Positions 1 through 12,100 of a stretch of 64,000 nt of DNA are shown piece after piece (positions within the stretch are counted from its first letter, which is position 1; every line of letters begins with the position of its first letter). The stretch is taken from NCBI GenBank assembly GCA_036172245.1, contig JAYWIR010000024.1, positions 2,356,001-2,420,000 on the forward strand. The letters are read 5' to 3'. The translations under genes were made by a program, and so were the position numbers. Source of the stretch: Raillietiella orientalis. Its lineage: Eukaryota. Under the pieces are notes generated by a model. The model worked only from the letters and a program-made list of their open reading frames with translations. It was not told where the DNA came from and made no database searches.

Positions 1-930
1 CACAAGACTCCCTAATGCAAGAACTGCAACGCCATCCCTTGCCACTTCATGGGAAGGGTGCCACTGTTCCAACACGCTGGGGGACACTTCACCTCCTCCG
101 AAGGTATTCCGAGTAGCTCGCCCCAGAGCAGAAATCCTTTAGGCGGGACACTCGGGGTCGCAGCGCCCGCTAGCTGCCGAGTAGTTGACTCCTTCAATAG
201 TTTTTTCCTGCCTCCGATGAGGCAGGATACTTCCCACAATGGTCGTTCGTTGCTGTGCCTAGCGTTCCTGAGGGAGGGCAGCACGGGAGCAAGGGGGGTA
301 GAAGAAGCCCTCAGCAACTTGCGTGGATTGTTTCCAATCTCCCGCAGGGGGTGTCGGGCGTACGTTCCTCTTCGGAGGCAGTCATCTTCCGCGTCGCTCG
401 AGCTCGAGCTGATCTTTCCCCATGCGGAAACTGCTCCTGAAGCCAGGCAGTGCAGTTCGTGGGGAGGCAGGAGATTCAGTTGTTATCTTGCACCAGGGCA
501 ATTATGTGGAGCAGCTGACGGCTACAATGCCTCAGGCTGTGGTTGAAAGACACGAGGATCGAAGTCAAACCTTCGCAGCCGGTCGCTCTGCTAGCGAGGA
601 GTTGTGCGGGTTCGCACCATGGCGTTCTCCGGAATTTCGCCACAAGGGCGAGTGTTTGAAATTGGATCTGCCTCTTCATGCGTTCAAACGTAAGGAGGCC
701 CAATCCACTGTCCCTGTGTGGAGCTCACGAGTCTTTTAATCGGACAAGGGACCTCCCTGAGGGCTTCCCTTAGGAGGCCCTTGGTCCGTTTTTTGATCAT
801 GGGTGGGGCGAGGCAACCAAAAAGTAGGGAAGGGGGAAGAGGGGAGCCGCGAACGCGTTTCACACCTTGCAAGTAAAACTTGCCGTTGCGGAACCAGCCG
901 AGCGTCCTCTGCACCTTTTGGAGACGGTTG
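1..930 (-). mobile_element. Degenerate L1/Tx1-like non-LTR retrotransposon fragment (RT thumb to C-terminal region), runs off the window start
   Basis: Frameshifted minus-strand peptides (NRLQKVQRTLGWFRNGKFYL; GLLTFERMKRQIQF..TPWCEP; WGELLGIPSEEVKCPPACWNSGTLP..W) align by eye with the ORF2 C-terminus at ~12850-13760. Confidence 0.85.
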
Positions 931-932
931 GA

Positions 933-1860
933 CGGGGATCCCTTCGACCAGGCGCATGAAGTACCTCGGCGTGCCGTTGGGCGACTTCAGTCCAGTAGAA
1001 ACGGACTGCCTTCGGAACACAGAGTGCTCTTGGCCCGTTTCACGGTGGCACGTTGTTCTTGCCGGAGCGGGTCTCCGTCTGGAACACCCTCGTTGCTCCC
1101 CTCCTCCCCCCCTCTTTTTTGTTTGAGCGTCACCCTACTCGGCCAAGCTCCAGGAGCGACGCTTGTTGAGGAACGTTTTGCGGGGATCGGCGAGGTCCAG
1201 CATCCGCCTCAAGGACTTGACGGCTCCGCGTCGGAATGCCGGTTTAGGCATCCCGACGTTGGATAGGACCGGGCTGCATACGCAGTTCCGGATGTTGGCA
1301 CTACTCTGTGGTGTGCACTCGCGCGACTGCTACTGCGACGTTGCACCGTCAGCGAAGGACTGTTTTCGTTGCTGCCGCTTGTCCAGTACGCCACGAGAGA
1401 ACTCGGCTTCCCGCTGAGGCAGCTCGTCTCGCTCCTGGAAGCGCATTTGTGGATCTGCTGCTGCCGAACGAACTTTAAGGCCTGGCGGCAGGAGGTGCTA
1501 TCGTCCTGGGCATCAGGAAGTGCCGCTCATCGAACTTCGGTGCGTGCACTTTTCCCTCTATCTGCCGTTTGAGGATGTGATGCAAGGCCATGGCAAATGG
1601 ACTAGCCTGGCCGCCACGCCCTTTGCCGCAGCGTTGTCTTCCCTGAGGGCTGGCAGACGCCGCCACTCGTAATTGTGTGCAGGAACTCCTTCGGTGGTGC
1701 AAACCCTTGAGTATGCCCCCTGAGGATCTTGTGGGCCCTATCACTTGAGAGGGCACGCCTGTGCTCTTCCATCGGTTGAAATAAAACGTACTTCTACTAT
1801 TGCATTGGAGTTTGCATTGCAATCAGCGCACCCACCTCGCACTTTCTGGAGGAGTTGCAT
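933..1860 (+). mobile_element. Degenerate L1/Tx1-like non-LTR retrotransposon fragment
   Basis: GIPSTRRMKYLGVPLGDF, IRLKDLTAPRRNAGLGIPTL and LLLHW match LGIPTGGYFKYLGVPLGDF, IRLKDMCSPRRDGGLGILTL and LLVLHW of the element at 11517-14169. Many frameshifts. Confidence 0.85.
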
Positions 1861-1936
1861 CCCGGAAACGAGGTGGGTTTTGTCTGTATGAGTAACTTAT
1901 TTTTATATTGTGGAAGTCCTCTCACATTCATTACAG

Positions 1937-2093
1937 TAGGCCTTACCAGCACTCAAGTCGGTATACAAGTGCAAAACAATACGAAAAATGTGTTCCGACA
2001 GGAACACAAATACAATTCAAAAACATCGACTGCAATTACAAATTGTTAAAAAAATTTTTTAAAAGAAAAAAGTCCCGGCTCACCCGGGTGAAA
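1937..2093 (+). mobile_element. Severely 5'-truncated LINE insertion (3' UTR only) with 13-bp target-site duplication
   Basis: Similar to the LINE 3' UTR at ~14270-14435. Flanked by direct repeats ACATTCATTACAG at 1924-1936 and 2094-2106. Confidence 0.85.
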
Positions 2094-3279
2094 ACATTCA
2101 TTACAGAGAGATTTTTCGGGATTCAGGGAGGAATCCACTCCGCGGTCTCTGAGAAGGTGTGGAAAACAGTCCACGCCGACTCGAGCATTTTCCCCGCGAA
2201 AATTCCGCAGCAGGAGATTCCCATCTTCCTCGTTCCGATACGCGTGTCCTGGGAGTGGAATTCTCATGCTTCGCAAGAAGCTGCACGGGTCCTTCGCTAC
2301 CGCCATCTTCCAAAATCAAGGAAACTCCAAGAACTCCCAAGTAGATTGGGGAAGAAACCGGAAATGACCACTGGAGGCGGACACGAGTCAAACACCCTTG
2401 GTTGTTTTGAAAAGAGACTACGGAGGCGGACGTGAATAGAGGGTGTTTGAGGGTGTACGGTTACGGAAAGCCGGCACAACGCTCCTCAGCTCGGTGACGC
2501 ATCCCACTCCTCTCTACGGCAGCAAGGGTGGGCGCGCGCGAGCTGCACGAGTGGTCTTCGTCGCAGGTGCTTCCAGACGTGTGCTTTGCCACGAGGACCA
2601 AAGGACGGACCCCTTCCAGCGTTTTGTTGCCTCCGGCATGCGGAGGGGGGCAAAGTCTTACTTCGCAACGCGCGTCTCCAAGCGTTGAGCAGCGCGCACC
2701 CGTCGCCTTCCGGGTGAGCATGAGAAAAACGAAAACGAGAGTGGGCGCACCGCCTGATCCATCGTGCAACTCGTTTCCACGCATTTCCAGAGCTCCTCTC
2801 AGGTGTCCGACCTCTCTCGCCACCTCCATCTCCTCCATCGGGAGCGGAGCGGGCTCGGCTCCTGCTGAGCGTGCACCCCCCTGCATTCGTTGTGCCACGT
2901 ACCGCGTAGGCGATCGAACGACACCCGGACGTCTACATGAGGTTGGCGGTGAGCCACGGTGTGGACGAGAGCTGCGCGATCCTCGCGTGTGTCTCTGGAA
3001 GCGAACAAAAAGACTTGCGGGGTGCATCCTGCGCCGCACCATCCGTCGCATCGCTCCCTTCTCGCCGAAGGAGGGGAGGAGCGATCGTCAGCCCGCTTGG
3101 TGCGCGAGTCTGAACCGTGTCTTGCGAGCGTGGGACGCTCAAATGACTGCGCGACCAAATGCAAAAGACATGATCCTCCTGGAGCGCCGTGTTCTCTATA
3201 TGGCTCCTGGCTACACCATCCAATTCCCAATCCCCTGCTGCTTGCTTTTCGAATCTCGGCTTCAGCTGGAATGAGAAAA

Positions 3280-3780
3280 TTCCCGAACGTCCTGAAGGCA
3301 CGCAAGCACACACTCCGATTTGCTGTTCAGTGGATGGATTGTATAACGGGAAGCTCGAAGCACTGTACTGAAGACTGGCCGCGTTGGCTGCCATGTGGGT
3401 GCGGTGTCCACGCGTGGTTGGTCTCCAGGATTTGCGAGCTCGACTCCCCACGTGGTAATTGGACGACGAGCATGCGGGTTGCGCCTGGGTTTGGAATCCT
3501 CCTGCAGGATGCTGGACGGTGTTTCGCCTGTTGGGCGGGTGCCGCACTGGAGGAAGCCGGGAACCAGACTTTTTGGGGTCCTTCCAGGAATCAGGAAATC
3601 GGTTCTCTTCCGCAGTTCCCCTCCGGTTTTGCAAATGAAGCCGTCACCCTACCCTCTGAGGAGAACCCTCCATTGCGTACCATGAAGCTGGTTGAAACCT
3701 CTCCAGAGTGTTAGGGAGCTCCCTGCTCCTTTTACAGCAATATGGAAGTGTCCCTTCGGCGATTTTCTCAGGGAATTAAA
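3280..3780. repeat. Diverged segmental repeat, inverted copy at ~33200-33740 and partial copy at ~18440-18570
   Basis: Colinear nucleotide similarity read by eye; no intact ORF. Confidence 0.65.
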
Positions 3781-4186
3781 ATGAAGCGATTCCCTTAAGG
3801 GTTCACCCCAAAAAAGAAATGAGGAATGGCAACTTCCTCATTTCTGGATCCCATGACGACAGGGTATTCCGACTGAATCTTGAGACCAAGTGGTTGTGAG
3901 CGGTGTTCGCTGCAGTTGCCACCAAGCAACAGCAGCATGCACATGATGCATTGGAATTTGCTCCGGGGTGTCTGGATCTGTGTTCGTGTGATTCGTGCAT
4001 CGAATCATTCTCTGCCAGATTCTTTCAACTAGTAATGATGTCTTTACTTGGAGGGGCATTCTTTCGGAAGGCTGTTGGAAGCTTCAAGCTTCCAGAGAAT
4101 GGAAAATGAAAGAACACAGCAACAGTCGTAACCTTCATTCATGGGAGCACTCATCAGTGACCACTCATATTCCGAGAATATCAGTG

Positions 4187-6865
4187 TCACTTTACAAGAA
4201 TCGTGAGGGTTTCGCGTTTCAAATCGATCTGCGTTATCAATTTTGTCATCATGTTCTGAGAAATCGTCCACATTTCCTTGTCCGACCTCAATCCGGTGGC
4301 AAACCCCAGCACTTTGGAGACTCCTCTCTTCATCTGCAAGGGCATACCGACGTAAGACGGATCGCAATATCCCGCCACGACGGTTAAGGGTTATCTTCCG
4401 CTTTGCGTGCGGCATGAGCGAGGAAAAGACAGGCGTGTAAACAACGTGTCAGGCGAGTTCTCGATGTACACGTACCGAAAGGTGTCAGCAACCTCTCAAA
4501 TGTAAACGTACACTCTGAGGAAAGAAAGTGACGCTTCGAAGATAAGGGAACACGCAAGCACGTCGGTGTGAAGAAAGAGTGCAGCTGCTCCTCTCCATTA
4601 GTCGCGAACATCACGGAGCAGAGCTACTTTTGTCACTTCGTTTGACATTGGATACAGTCTGAATCTTTATAAGATGCAGTGGCGTTAACGATAGCAATTC
4701 ATTCGGCACTGCCGATTGCTTAGTGTAATAGTTATCAACTACAATTAGCTGAATGGCTAGTACTGCAATTAGACCGCTAGTTGCCATTACGATTGGCTGA
4801 ATGGTTGCTTATTCATTTGAGTGGAATTTTGTGAATTTTAGCTACTCACCGCCATATGGAACACGTAATCTTCTGGTTTCATCTCAAGCTCTGCACCATT
4901 CATAAATGTGTAGGTTACACTGGGCCATGAATCAAGGTCACCAGCAGGCTGTTGAATAGCTGGAAGCTGCTAGGAATGGAAACTGATCTGGAGACTCACC
5001 CCGTACAAGTGGTCCACATTCAAAGGCACGATGTTGTTCCGGAATTGCTGCATAAACTTGTTACTGACTTGAGCGACTGGAAGAGCTGTATCCAAGTAAG
5101 CAAGGCAAGTCCTCTCACACATTTCTACATTGCCGACCTTGATGCTGGAAAGGACAAACGGTGGCGGTTAGTGTTCTCGGACTGACAGCGTCGGTGGCTG
5201 TGTACTCTCGTGGCTCCCAGCGTTGCATTTTCGAACACGTATAAAAGCGATCGACGTAGAGGGAGTTCCGTGTTTTTCTGCAGCTTGAGGCTAAGGGTGG
5301 ATCACCATTGGGGAATGCGTCTGTAGGGCAACTCCCGCGGTCCGCGGTCGGATAGCCCATGACTAGTGTTGGAAATCGAGAACGCTCCGAGGGCCTTCCC
5401 AGAAATCATGGAGTGGTTCCCTAGGGGCTTCGTTCCCAGCATTGCGAAAGCCCTACTCCACGGATCGCTGAACCCTACTCCACTTGTACATCAGTCGGTC
5501 GCTTGCCCAAAGAAGTCATGTGAGACTCCATGCGGCGGAGCTGACGAGCCATTCCGATGCCTTCAAAGTGGCATCGGAACGGCTTACTCGGAAGACGAAG
5601 TAACGGAAGAAAAGTAGAGGGACGCGAGGAGCTGAAAGCGAGGATGCGAGTTTGTTCCCCAACGGCCGTCTTTCTGGAACCCCACATGTTCGCGCGTCCT
5701 TAAGGATTGAGCTGCAGAATCTAAGGAATGGCGCTGAAGATCCTTAGTTGGCAGAATATTCGAATTCTGCAGCCCGTCTAAAGATCTTCCTACACGCCTT
5801 ACCTCTCGAGCTACCGTGATCAACCTGCACTCGGGAAGCGAACAGCGGGCAGATCACTCCGAGTTCAGACAGTGCAAGAAGGTATGCACTTACCTGCGCA
5901 AATGAATCTTATATTGAGATTCTCTTGTGTTTATCGAGTAACTGGCGCAGAGACTTGGATTTGGAAATGGATACGGCGCTCCCAAAACAACAGTCCCCTT
6001 TCTCTGATTGCTGGATCGAGGTGTATGACGTGTTTGCAGTGTTTTCGAAGGTCTGCTTTACCGATCAAACTCCATATAGGCGACTTGATGCAAGTTATGG
6101 TCCCTCAGAAGAGAACCCAAAGCTGGCGGATTTATTCCGAAGAACCCGTCTACCGACAGAAAATTGATGTAACTGCTTGGTTTCGAGTTTACACTGAAAA
6201 CAGCTATGTTTCTCGTGAAAACGTGATTTCCAACTTTCTGGAACAATACAATTTTAATGCGAGATGTACGCAGATGACCCACAGAGAGAGGCCTTGTTTT
6301 GGCTCGCTCTCACGAAATTTCAACTTTGCAACCATAAACTCACAAAGTTGAACTTGCGCTGATATCCAAGCAGTTTAATATCCAGCAAAGGATACTCCTT
6401 CCGTTGGTCGGTTTCAGGGCTCTTTGGTAAGTGTGAAATATCGTATCTGTGGCGACGTGCTGCGAAGAAACAGAAATTACCCCATGTTCTCCCTCCTAGT
6501 CCAGTCCCACGTACTGCAATAATCCGACGAGCACTCCGAAGATGGAAGCCACACGATGTCAGACCAGCTATCGAAAAGCACACTGTATTTCAGCCTGTTG
6601 CTCCTGAACTCCAGGATGTATGCTCCCTTGAAAAAGAAAAAATCTCCTTTTAGCTCTCTGCATTCCTGAGTAAGACGAGTCCCACATTGTGATAAATCTG
6701 GTTCATTTCGACAGCTTTTACTTCTTCAGAAAAAAGTGATCTGAAATAGAGAGAGAAAAAAAAATGATGGTTCCGACAGAGGCAATTCAAGTGCTAGGAA
6801 TGCGTTGCCAAAACTCACATCGTCAGAGCCAAGAATGAAGCCGCGAGTGCCTTCAAAGCCGCCAT
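4187..6865 (-). CDS. Secreted pepsin-like (family A1) aspartic protease homologue with non-canonical active site, copy 1; 9 exons, 337 aa
   Basis: Manual GT-AG model, all phases compatible, no internal stops: exons 6865-6819, 6740-6686, 6626-6515, 6459-6344, 6237-6062, 6010-5894, 5144-5000, 4948-4850, 4333-4187. Signal peptide-like N-terminus MAALKALAASFLALTISLF. Pepsin landmarks: YSVLFDSWSDIVWLPSSEC....C, DGFFGI, GTVVLG, YKIHLRSIKVG, C...CLAYLDTA, PSVTYTF..G..LEMKPEDY, VLGF...WTI...ITQID. Confidence 0.88.
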
Positions 6866-6900
6866 CCTGCTCGCCTGACCTCTGGATCCGCCAAGGATTG

Positions 6901-6908
6901 CTTTTATG
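6901..6908 (-). promoter_or_regulatory. Putative TATA-like box (CATAAAAG) of the pepsin-like gene
   Basis: The same motif lies ~36 nt upstream of the ATG in all four paralogues (also 22754-22761 minus, 38785-38792 plus, 51782-51789 plus), within a conserved upstream block. Confidence 0.45.
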
Positions 6909-7799
6909 TCTCCAAGGGCACTTGTGAAAATTTCGGAAAATGGAATTTCAAACTGCAGCTGATGTTTCTCTCCCTAGCTCAGCACACCTGAACCGTGCCT
7001 TTGCATATTGATTCCCAGATCGCGTTGCGGTGCCCGGGAATTTCTCAAGACGGAGGAATGTTTCCCTGGGACGATGATCTTGCCAGCGCCGAGGTGCCTC
7101 GAAAGAGGACCGCGTTCGCTTTGAATGGATGCCCTTCGGAGCCGATTCTTGCGAGACGGTGAGGAAACACCCTTAACAACCTCCGAAGAACTCAGGAACA
7201 CATTCCCGGGTGGAGAGCCGCGTGGGATGTCGCGCCATCGGGAGCGGAGTCTCATCGCGAGCGCTGTCGCACCACGAGCTCTATGCAAGGTTCCCCTCGA
7301 AGAGATCAGCAGCATCACCTGATCGTGACCTGCCCAGAATTTAAACTGACCATATTAGTCTCGTCTCGCTTCACCGGAGGGAGCAGCAGGGAATTGGGGG
7401 CCCCTGCAAATACAGGCAAACTGGAATGCCGAGAGAACAAACCCTCGCTCTCCAAGGAAATAAAGTCCACACGAGGGTTGCTTTTGACTGTCCGTTGCCG
7501 CAAAGCCTTCTTTTCCCGAGATCCTCAGAGTGCCCGTGCTCTTGGAAGGTGTGCACCCGGAAGTCCAGGTCTGGCGTGGTCATCCTTGACAGGTGCTTTA
7601 CCGGCATCCCCCTCTCCCGGCGAGCTCTAAGTAAGGATTTTAGAGAAACCGCATGATGTTCCCCTTCCCAGGTCAAGGACTGCTGCCACGCAAAAGTGTC
7701 TGCTTGGTGTCCTTCGACAGACACATAAAGAGTTGCTGTCCTCTGTGAAGGTTCGCATAACATTGAAGCGCATTCTTGGCGAAAGTCCCCGAGGGCAGT

Positions 7800-9157
7800 A
7801 TCGCTTTAGACTGGTGCTTTCCGGTACAGGCAGAGAGCTCCAAACTCTTCATCCAAACTCTTCTCCAAACTCTCCAAACGTTTGACTCACGCTGGACCGA
7901 ATGCTGGCGCCTCGAAACAGACCTTCCACTTCAAAGAGCTTGGAGTTTGGTCGCGACCTTTGGGATCTGAAGTCGGTGGAAAACACAGAACAAAACCCAT
8001 AGCGCTTATGACCGACTCGGAAGGCGGGAACATGAGTGGTTCTTCGTGAAACCGGTCTCCCCGTGTGACTTGAGCTGTGTGGGATCCTCGACTGCTTCTT
8101 AGACTCCAGTTTGCAGGAGGAAGAGATTTTTCTACATCTTCTGCTCTCTTCCTTCTGCAATAAGAAAAATAGCGCCATGGAAAAAAGGTGGATGTGCACT
8201 AGTCGATTCTCCTCCTTAAAATAACCAATCGAGGCTGCAGAGAAGGACCTACGTAAAGGGACAAACAATAACTAGCATTCAGGAAAATTAGGAGTCAGAA
8301 TCTGCAATTGCCAGCGCCTGCAATCGTGATAAAAGATCTTGCACATTCCCAATCAGAAGTGAGAAATAGTGGAGATTGCAGAGGAGGAATCTGAAAGATA
8401 AACAGCACTGCATGTTACGGAAAGGATCATCATATGCATTTAGATAAGCATTTATCTTCGCATCGGATGCCGCAGAAGTCTGTATACGTCTTCTAAACTG
8501 AAATGCATCTTACGCTACCGATGCGTTCTGGAAGACCGAGAGAAACGGTTATACCAGAACTGCCGAAGAAGCACTTCGAGCAGAACGAATCGATGGGAGG
8601 ACCCATAAGAAGGATGTTTGGGAAACTTCCTTTGGTTAACGTCGATATTTCAAGGATCGACAGCGCAGTCCATGAGGATGCGGACATTGCTGTTCAGGGC
8701 CACGCATACGGGTCTTCTCGTTCCTTAAATTCATTATAGATTTTTCACTAAAACATTAAATTCAAAAAGGGAAAGGCAGGGGAAGTAAGCGCTCTTCGAG
8801 GGAAAAATGTTCCAAAGGACACATACTTTCTCCATCCCTGAAAAACGACCAACCTATTGACCAACGACGTGTACAGCCAGCGAAAACACACCAGCTCAGA
8901 CAGAATCCAGGGGATTGTTCTATTCCTCCGAACGACAAGAAATATCCTATGCCAAAAGAACTCAAGTGTCCTTATTGTCCGTACTTCCTATCTGCTCCAT
9001 GCGAATGAAATGAGATGCTTTTTCCTCGTGGTTGATGCCACTGATTAGGATCTGTTCGACAAGATGGGAAAACGCTGCTGAATGAACCGACGCCATGTTG
9101 CCGGTGCAGCAGACTCGAGGTTTTCGATATCGACTTTTATCCTCGTCGGCATCCCTT
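7800..9157 (-). mobile_element. Possible 3' part of an ancient degenerate LINE, interrupted by the Tx1-like element
   Basis: Only weak motifs (ALSILEISTL; AFRVGHKRY, resembling RLRxGH). It is contiguous across the 9158/14436 TSD with RT-like remnants at 14445-15300. Confidence 0.25.
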
Positions 9158-9166
9158 CATTCCAGC

Positions 9167-12100
9167 CACCACCATCAACAGAGTGATGCGTGGAATCGCC
9201 TCTTGCCGGCACTTGCGCATAGCCTGTTGGAATGTCAACGGGCTGCGTGACGAAGGCAAGAGGCGCGGCGTGGTCGACACCCTGAGGCCTTTCGACCTGG
9301 CTCTTCTCCAGGAGACGCACGCGCTCAGAGGAGAGGACGTCCAGGAGATCGAGAGGATCACAGGGGGACCAACCTACTTTGGCGATTAGGCGGAAATCAC
9401 TCCCGTGGAGTGGCCTTCCTGCTGAAGCCAGCCGTCGAAAATGCGCTGCGCAACGTACAGTTCGACGAGGAAGGTCGAGTTGGGCAATTTGTTCTCAAGT
9501 GGTCCGATTCGATCGACCTCGTGGTGACGAACGTGTACGCGCCCAGCACCAGACACAGGTCCGTGGAACGCACTGCGTTCTTCGAAGGCCTGTGGCGAGA
9601 CTGGCTGGCCGAAGCAGGCGTGCGGCGGGGGCATCTGATAGCAGGAGACTTCAACGCTCGTTTGCTGTCAGAGGCGCCCGATACACGAGCTCGAATGGTC
9701 AACGAGATGTGTGCGGCCATGCACACGTGCAACTTGTTGACCGATGGCGCCGAGGTGGCGAACAGAATCGACCACGTATTCCTCGACAACCACCTGTGCA
9801 CGCGGGTGGGGACTCGAGGAGCACTTGCGTCGTATCTGTCCGATCACCCTCGGCTAGTGCTCCATATCCACCCGCGCGACCGAGGTCCACCCTCCCAAGC
9901 GTGGCGCCTGCCGGGAGACTGGTTGCGCCTCGCAGGAGCGCGCGAACACCTGCGTGCATTCCTGCGAGGTTGCGATCTGCAGACTCTCGCTGACTGGGAC
10001 AAAATAAAACGCTCAGTCCGAGAGTTCTGCAACCAGTATCCCCTCCATCAACTTCCTCCAGGTTTCGGTGATGCCACCCGGGTACTCCGGGACGTTTATT
10101 AAAAAACGTTTCATTCGTCATTACAGTACGTGGTACAAGGCCCCACTAACGGCCAATATTCCGTAAGACCTGCCGGGACGCTGGTACGCAGACCAGCGTG
10201 ACTCTACTCAGCAGTGGAAGGGGATGGGGGGAGAAACAAAAAGAAAAATAAATAAGTAAACAAAAAAAAAAAAGAGTTTTTGGAGGGAAGGGAAGGGATC
10301 ACTGTCCACTGGGAGGAGGGTCCATCCTTAGCAGGATACCCTCGAGTTCCTTTTTCAAACTTCCCAGCCGGGGCCATCCACTAGCTCTCCGCAGGAAGCG
10401 AACAGCATAGGGGATGACAGCCATCGCGCTTGAATCCACTCCTTCGTCGCGGGTATCGCTCCAGGCCGCCACGATGCCTCGGATGCAGCAGAGTGCTGCC
10501 ACGGCTGCAGCTGGCTGAAGGGCGTCCCGCACGAAGAGAAGACGGAGAACGTCTCTGGGTTGGCTGCCCAACGGGAGCCCGAGGGTCGTCCCAAACCGTT
10601 CCCAGAGGGGTCGGAGGGCAGCACAGTCAGCAAGTAGGTGGGAAAGCGATTCCCACTCTCCGCACCTGGCACACTGTGGATCCACCGCTCCCCTTGTCCA
10701 GTGGAAGCGGTGTGCGTTGCAGGGGAAACCCCAATGCAACAGTAGCAGCGCCGATTCTTGCCACTTAAAGGGCAGGATCCTCGATTCCAACAACACCAGG
10801 GGCCACTTCATCACATCCGTGGGGATGGCGAGAAGCTCGCCCCAGCGCAAAAGTCATCTCGGCTGGACGCTCGGGGTCGTGGCGTCCGCCAGTTCTCCTG
10901 TTGTCCAGCCGCTCATCATCTTCTCCCTGCCTGCGATTCGGCAGGAGACTTGCCACCTCGGCTTCTGGCTGCCGTAAAGCGCCCTCCGGAGGTAGGGCAT
11001 CGCCGTAGCAAGGGTGGTCGTCTCCGCCCAGGAGCAACTCGCTGGAAATTCAAGTATTTCTCGCAGGGTGCAGTGGGCGTATGGGCCGACACGCAGGCAA
11101 TTCATGGGATCTTCACTCCTCTGGTTTAGCTTAGCCCATGTGCCAGCAGTCTCCTTCAGCCAGGCGGAGGAGTTGGCGGGGCTACAAACCATCCAGCTGT
11201 TCTCCTTTGCCAGGTTTGCCATGCGCCGGAGCATTAGGCCGCATCTTCGGATCTTCCGGCCGGAGCACAGAAGAAAAGACGCGAGTCCTTCGCATCGTGA
11301 CACGACTGGCGAGGAGGCGAGCGGGAATGCACCAAGGGGTGCTCCACATCTTCGCTGCGATGGCGAGGGTGCGCCATTGCAGCTGAATTTCCACGCGCTC
11401 CAGCGTCAGGAGGCTAAGACCGCCGTCCCGACGTGGAGCGCAAAAGTCCCTCAGAGGGACTTGGGGCCTCCCCTTGCCCCAAAGGGCGATGTGGAGGAGG
11501 TGAAGCTGAAGGGGTGAGGAACGACAGGAGCTATCTGCACGCCCGTCGTTTCTCCAACAAGCCCGACGTCCGTCGCCTGGCGGAATTCAAGGCTGGAGCA
11601 GAGAGGCAGGCCTGGCAATCCAAGTCTGCCTGCTTACTGGACGAAGAAGGCCAGGAGCAATCCACTCCAGCGCAGGTTTGCCGCATATTGCAGGATTTTT
11701 ACTCCTCCCTTTACGCGAAAAAAACATCAGAGCGCGTCTTTGCGCAGCGTCTGCTGCCAGAGGGAGCTCCTGCGCTAAGGGAGGAGCAACTTCACCACTT
11801 AGAACAAGAATTCACGATGACGGAGATTATCTCCGCCATCGTGAAACTAAAAAAACATAAAGCACTAGAGGAAGATGGCCTGCCAGCGGAATTCTATCAA
11901 CACTTCGCGACAGAGCTGGTCCCCCTGGTGCACAAATTATGTACGCTGATCCGTGAACGTGGGGATGTCCCCAACTCGTTCCGGTCAGCTAGAGTACGTC
12001 TCCTGCCCAAGGGTGGAGACTTGCGCAACGTTGACAACTGGCGTCCCATCACTATAGTGAATGCGGAGGCGAAGTTGCTTGCCAAACTCTGGGCTGAGCG

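Noticed and set aside
2461..3714. Long overlapping ORFs (196-251 aa) as genes
   Set aside because: No recognisable domains, open frames on both strands in GC-rich sequence, and the frames are not preserved in the paralogous segment at 33.2-33.7 kb.
5803..5824. Possible micro-exon inside intron 6 of the pepsin-like gene
   Set aside because: Inclusion would shift the frame or add a stop, and the acceptor is not conserved in other copies. Direct exon 6-7 splicing gives the expected pepsin sequence.
10103..10225. Hammerhead or HDV-like ribozyme in the LINE UTR
   Set aside because: The core consensus (CUGAUGA...GAAA with proper stems) is not satisfied by eye.
11433..11516. N-terminus of the 828-aa ORF taken as the true RT protein start
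   Set aside because: This stretch is the antisense of the nested LINE. The last ~160 aa of the ORF are also out of the real frame after a frameshift.
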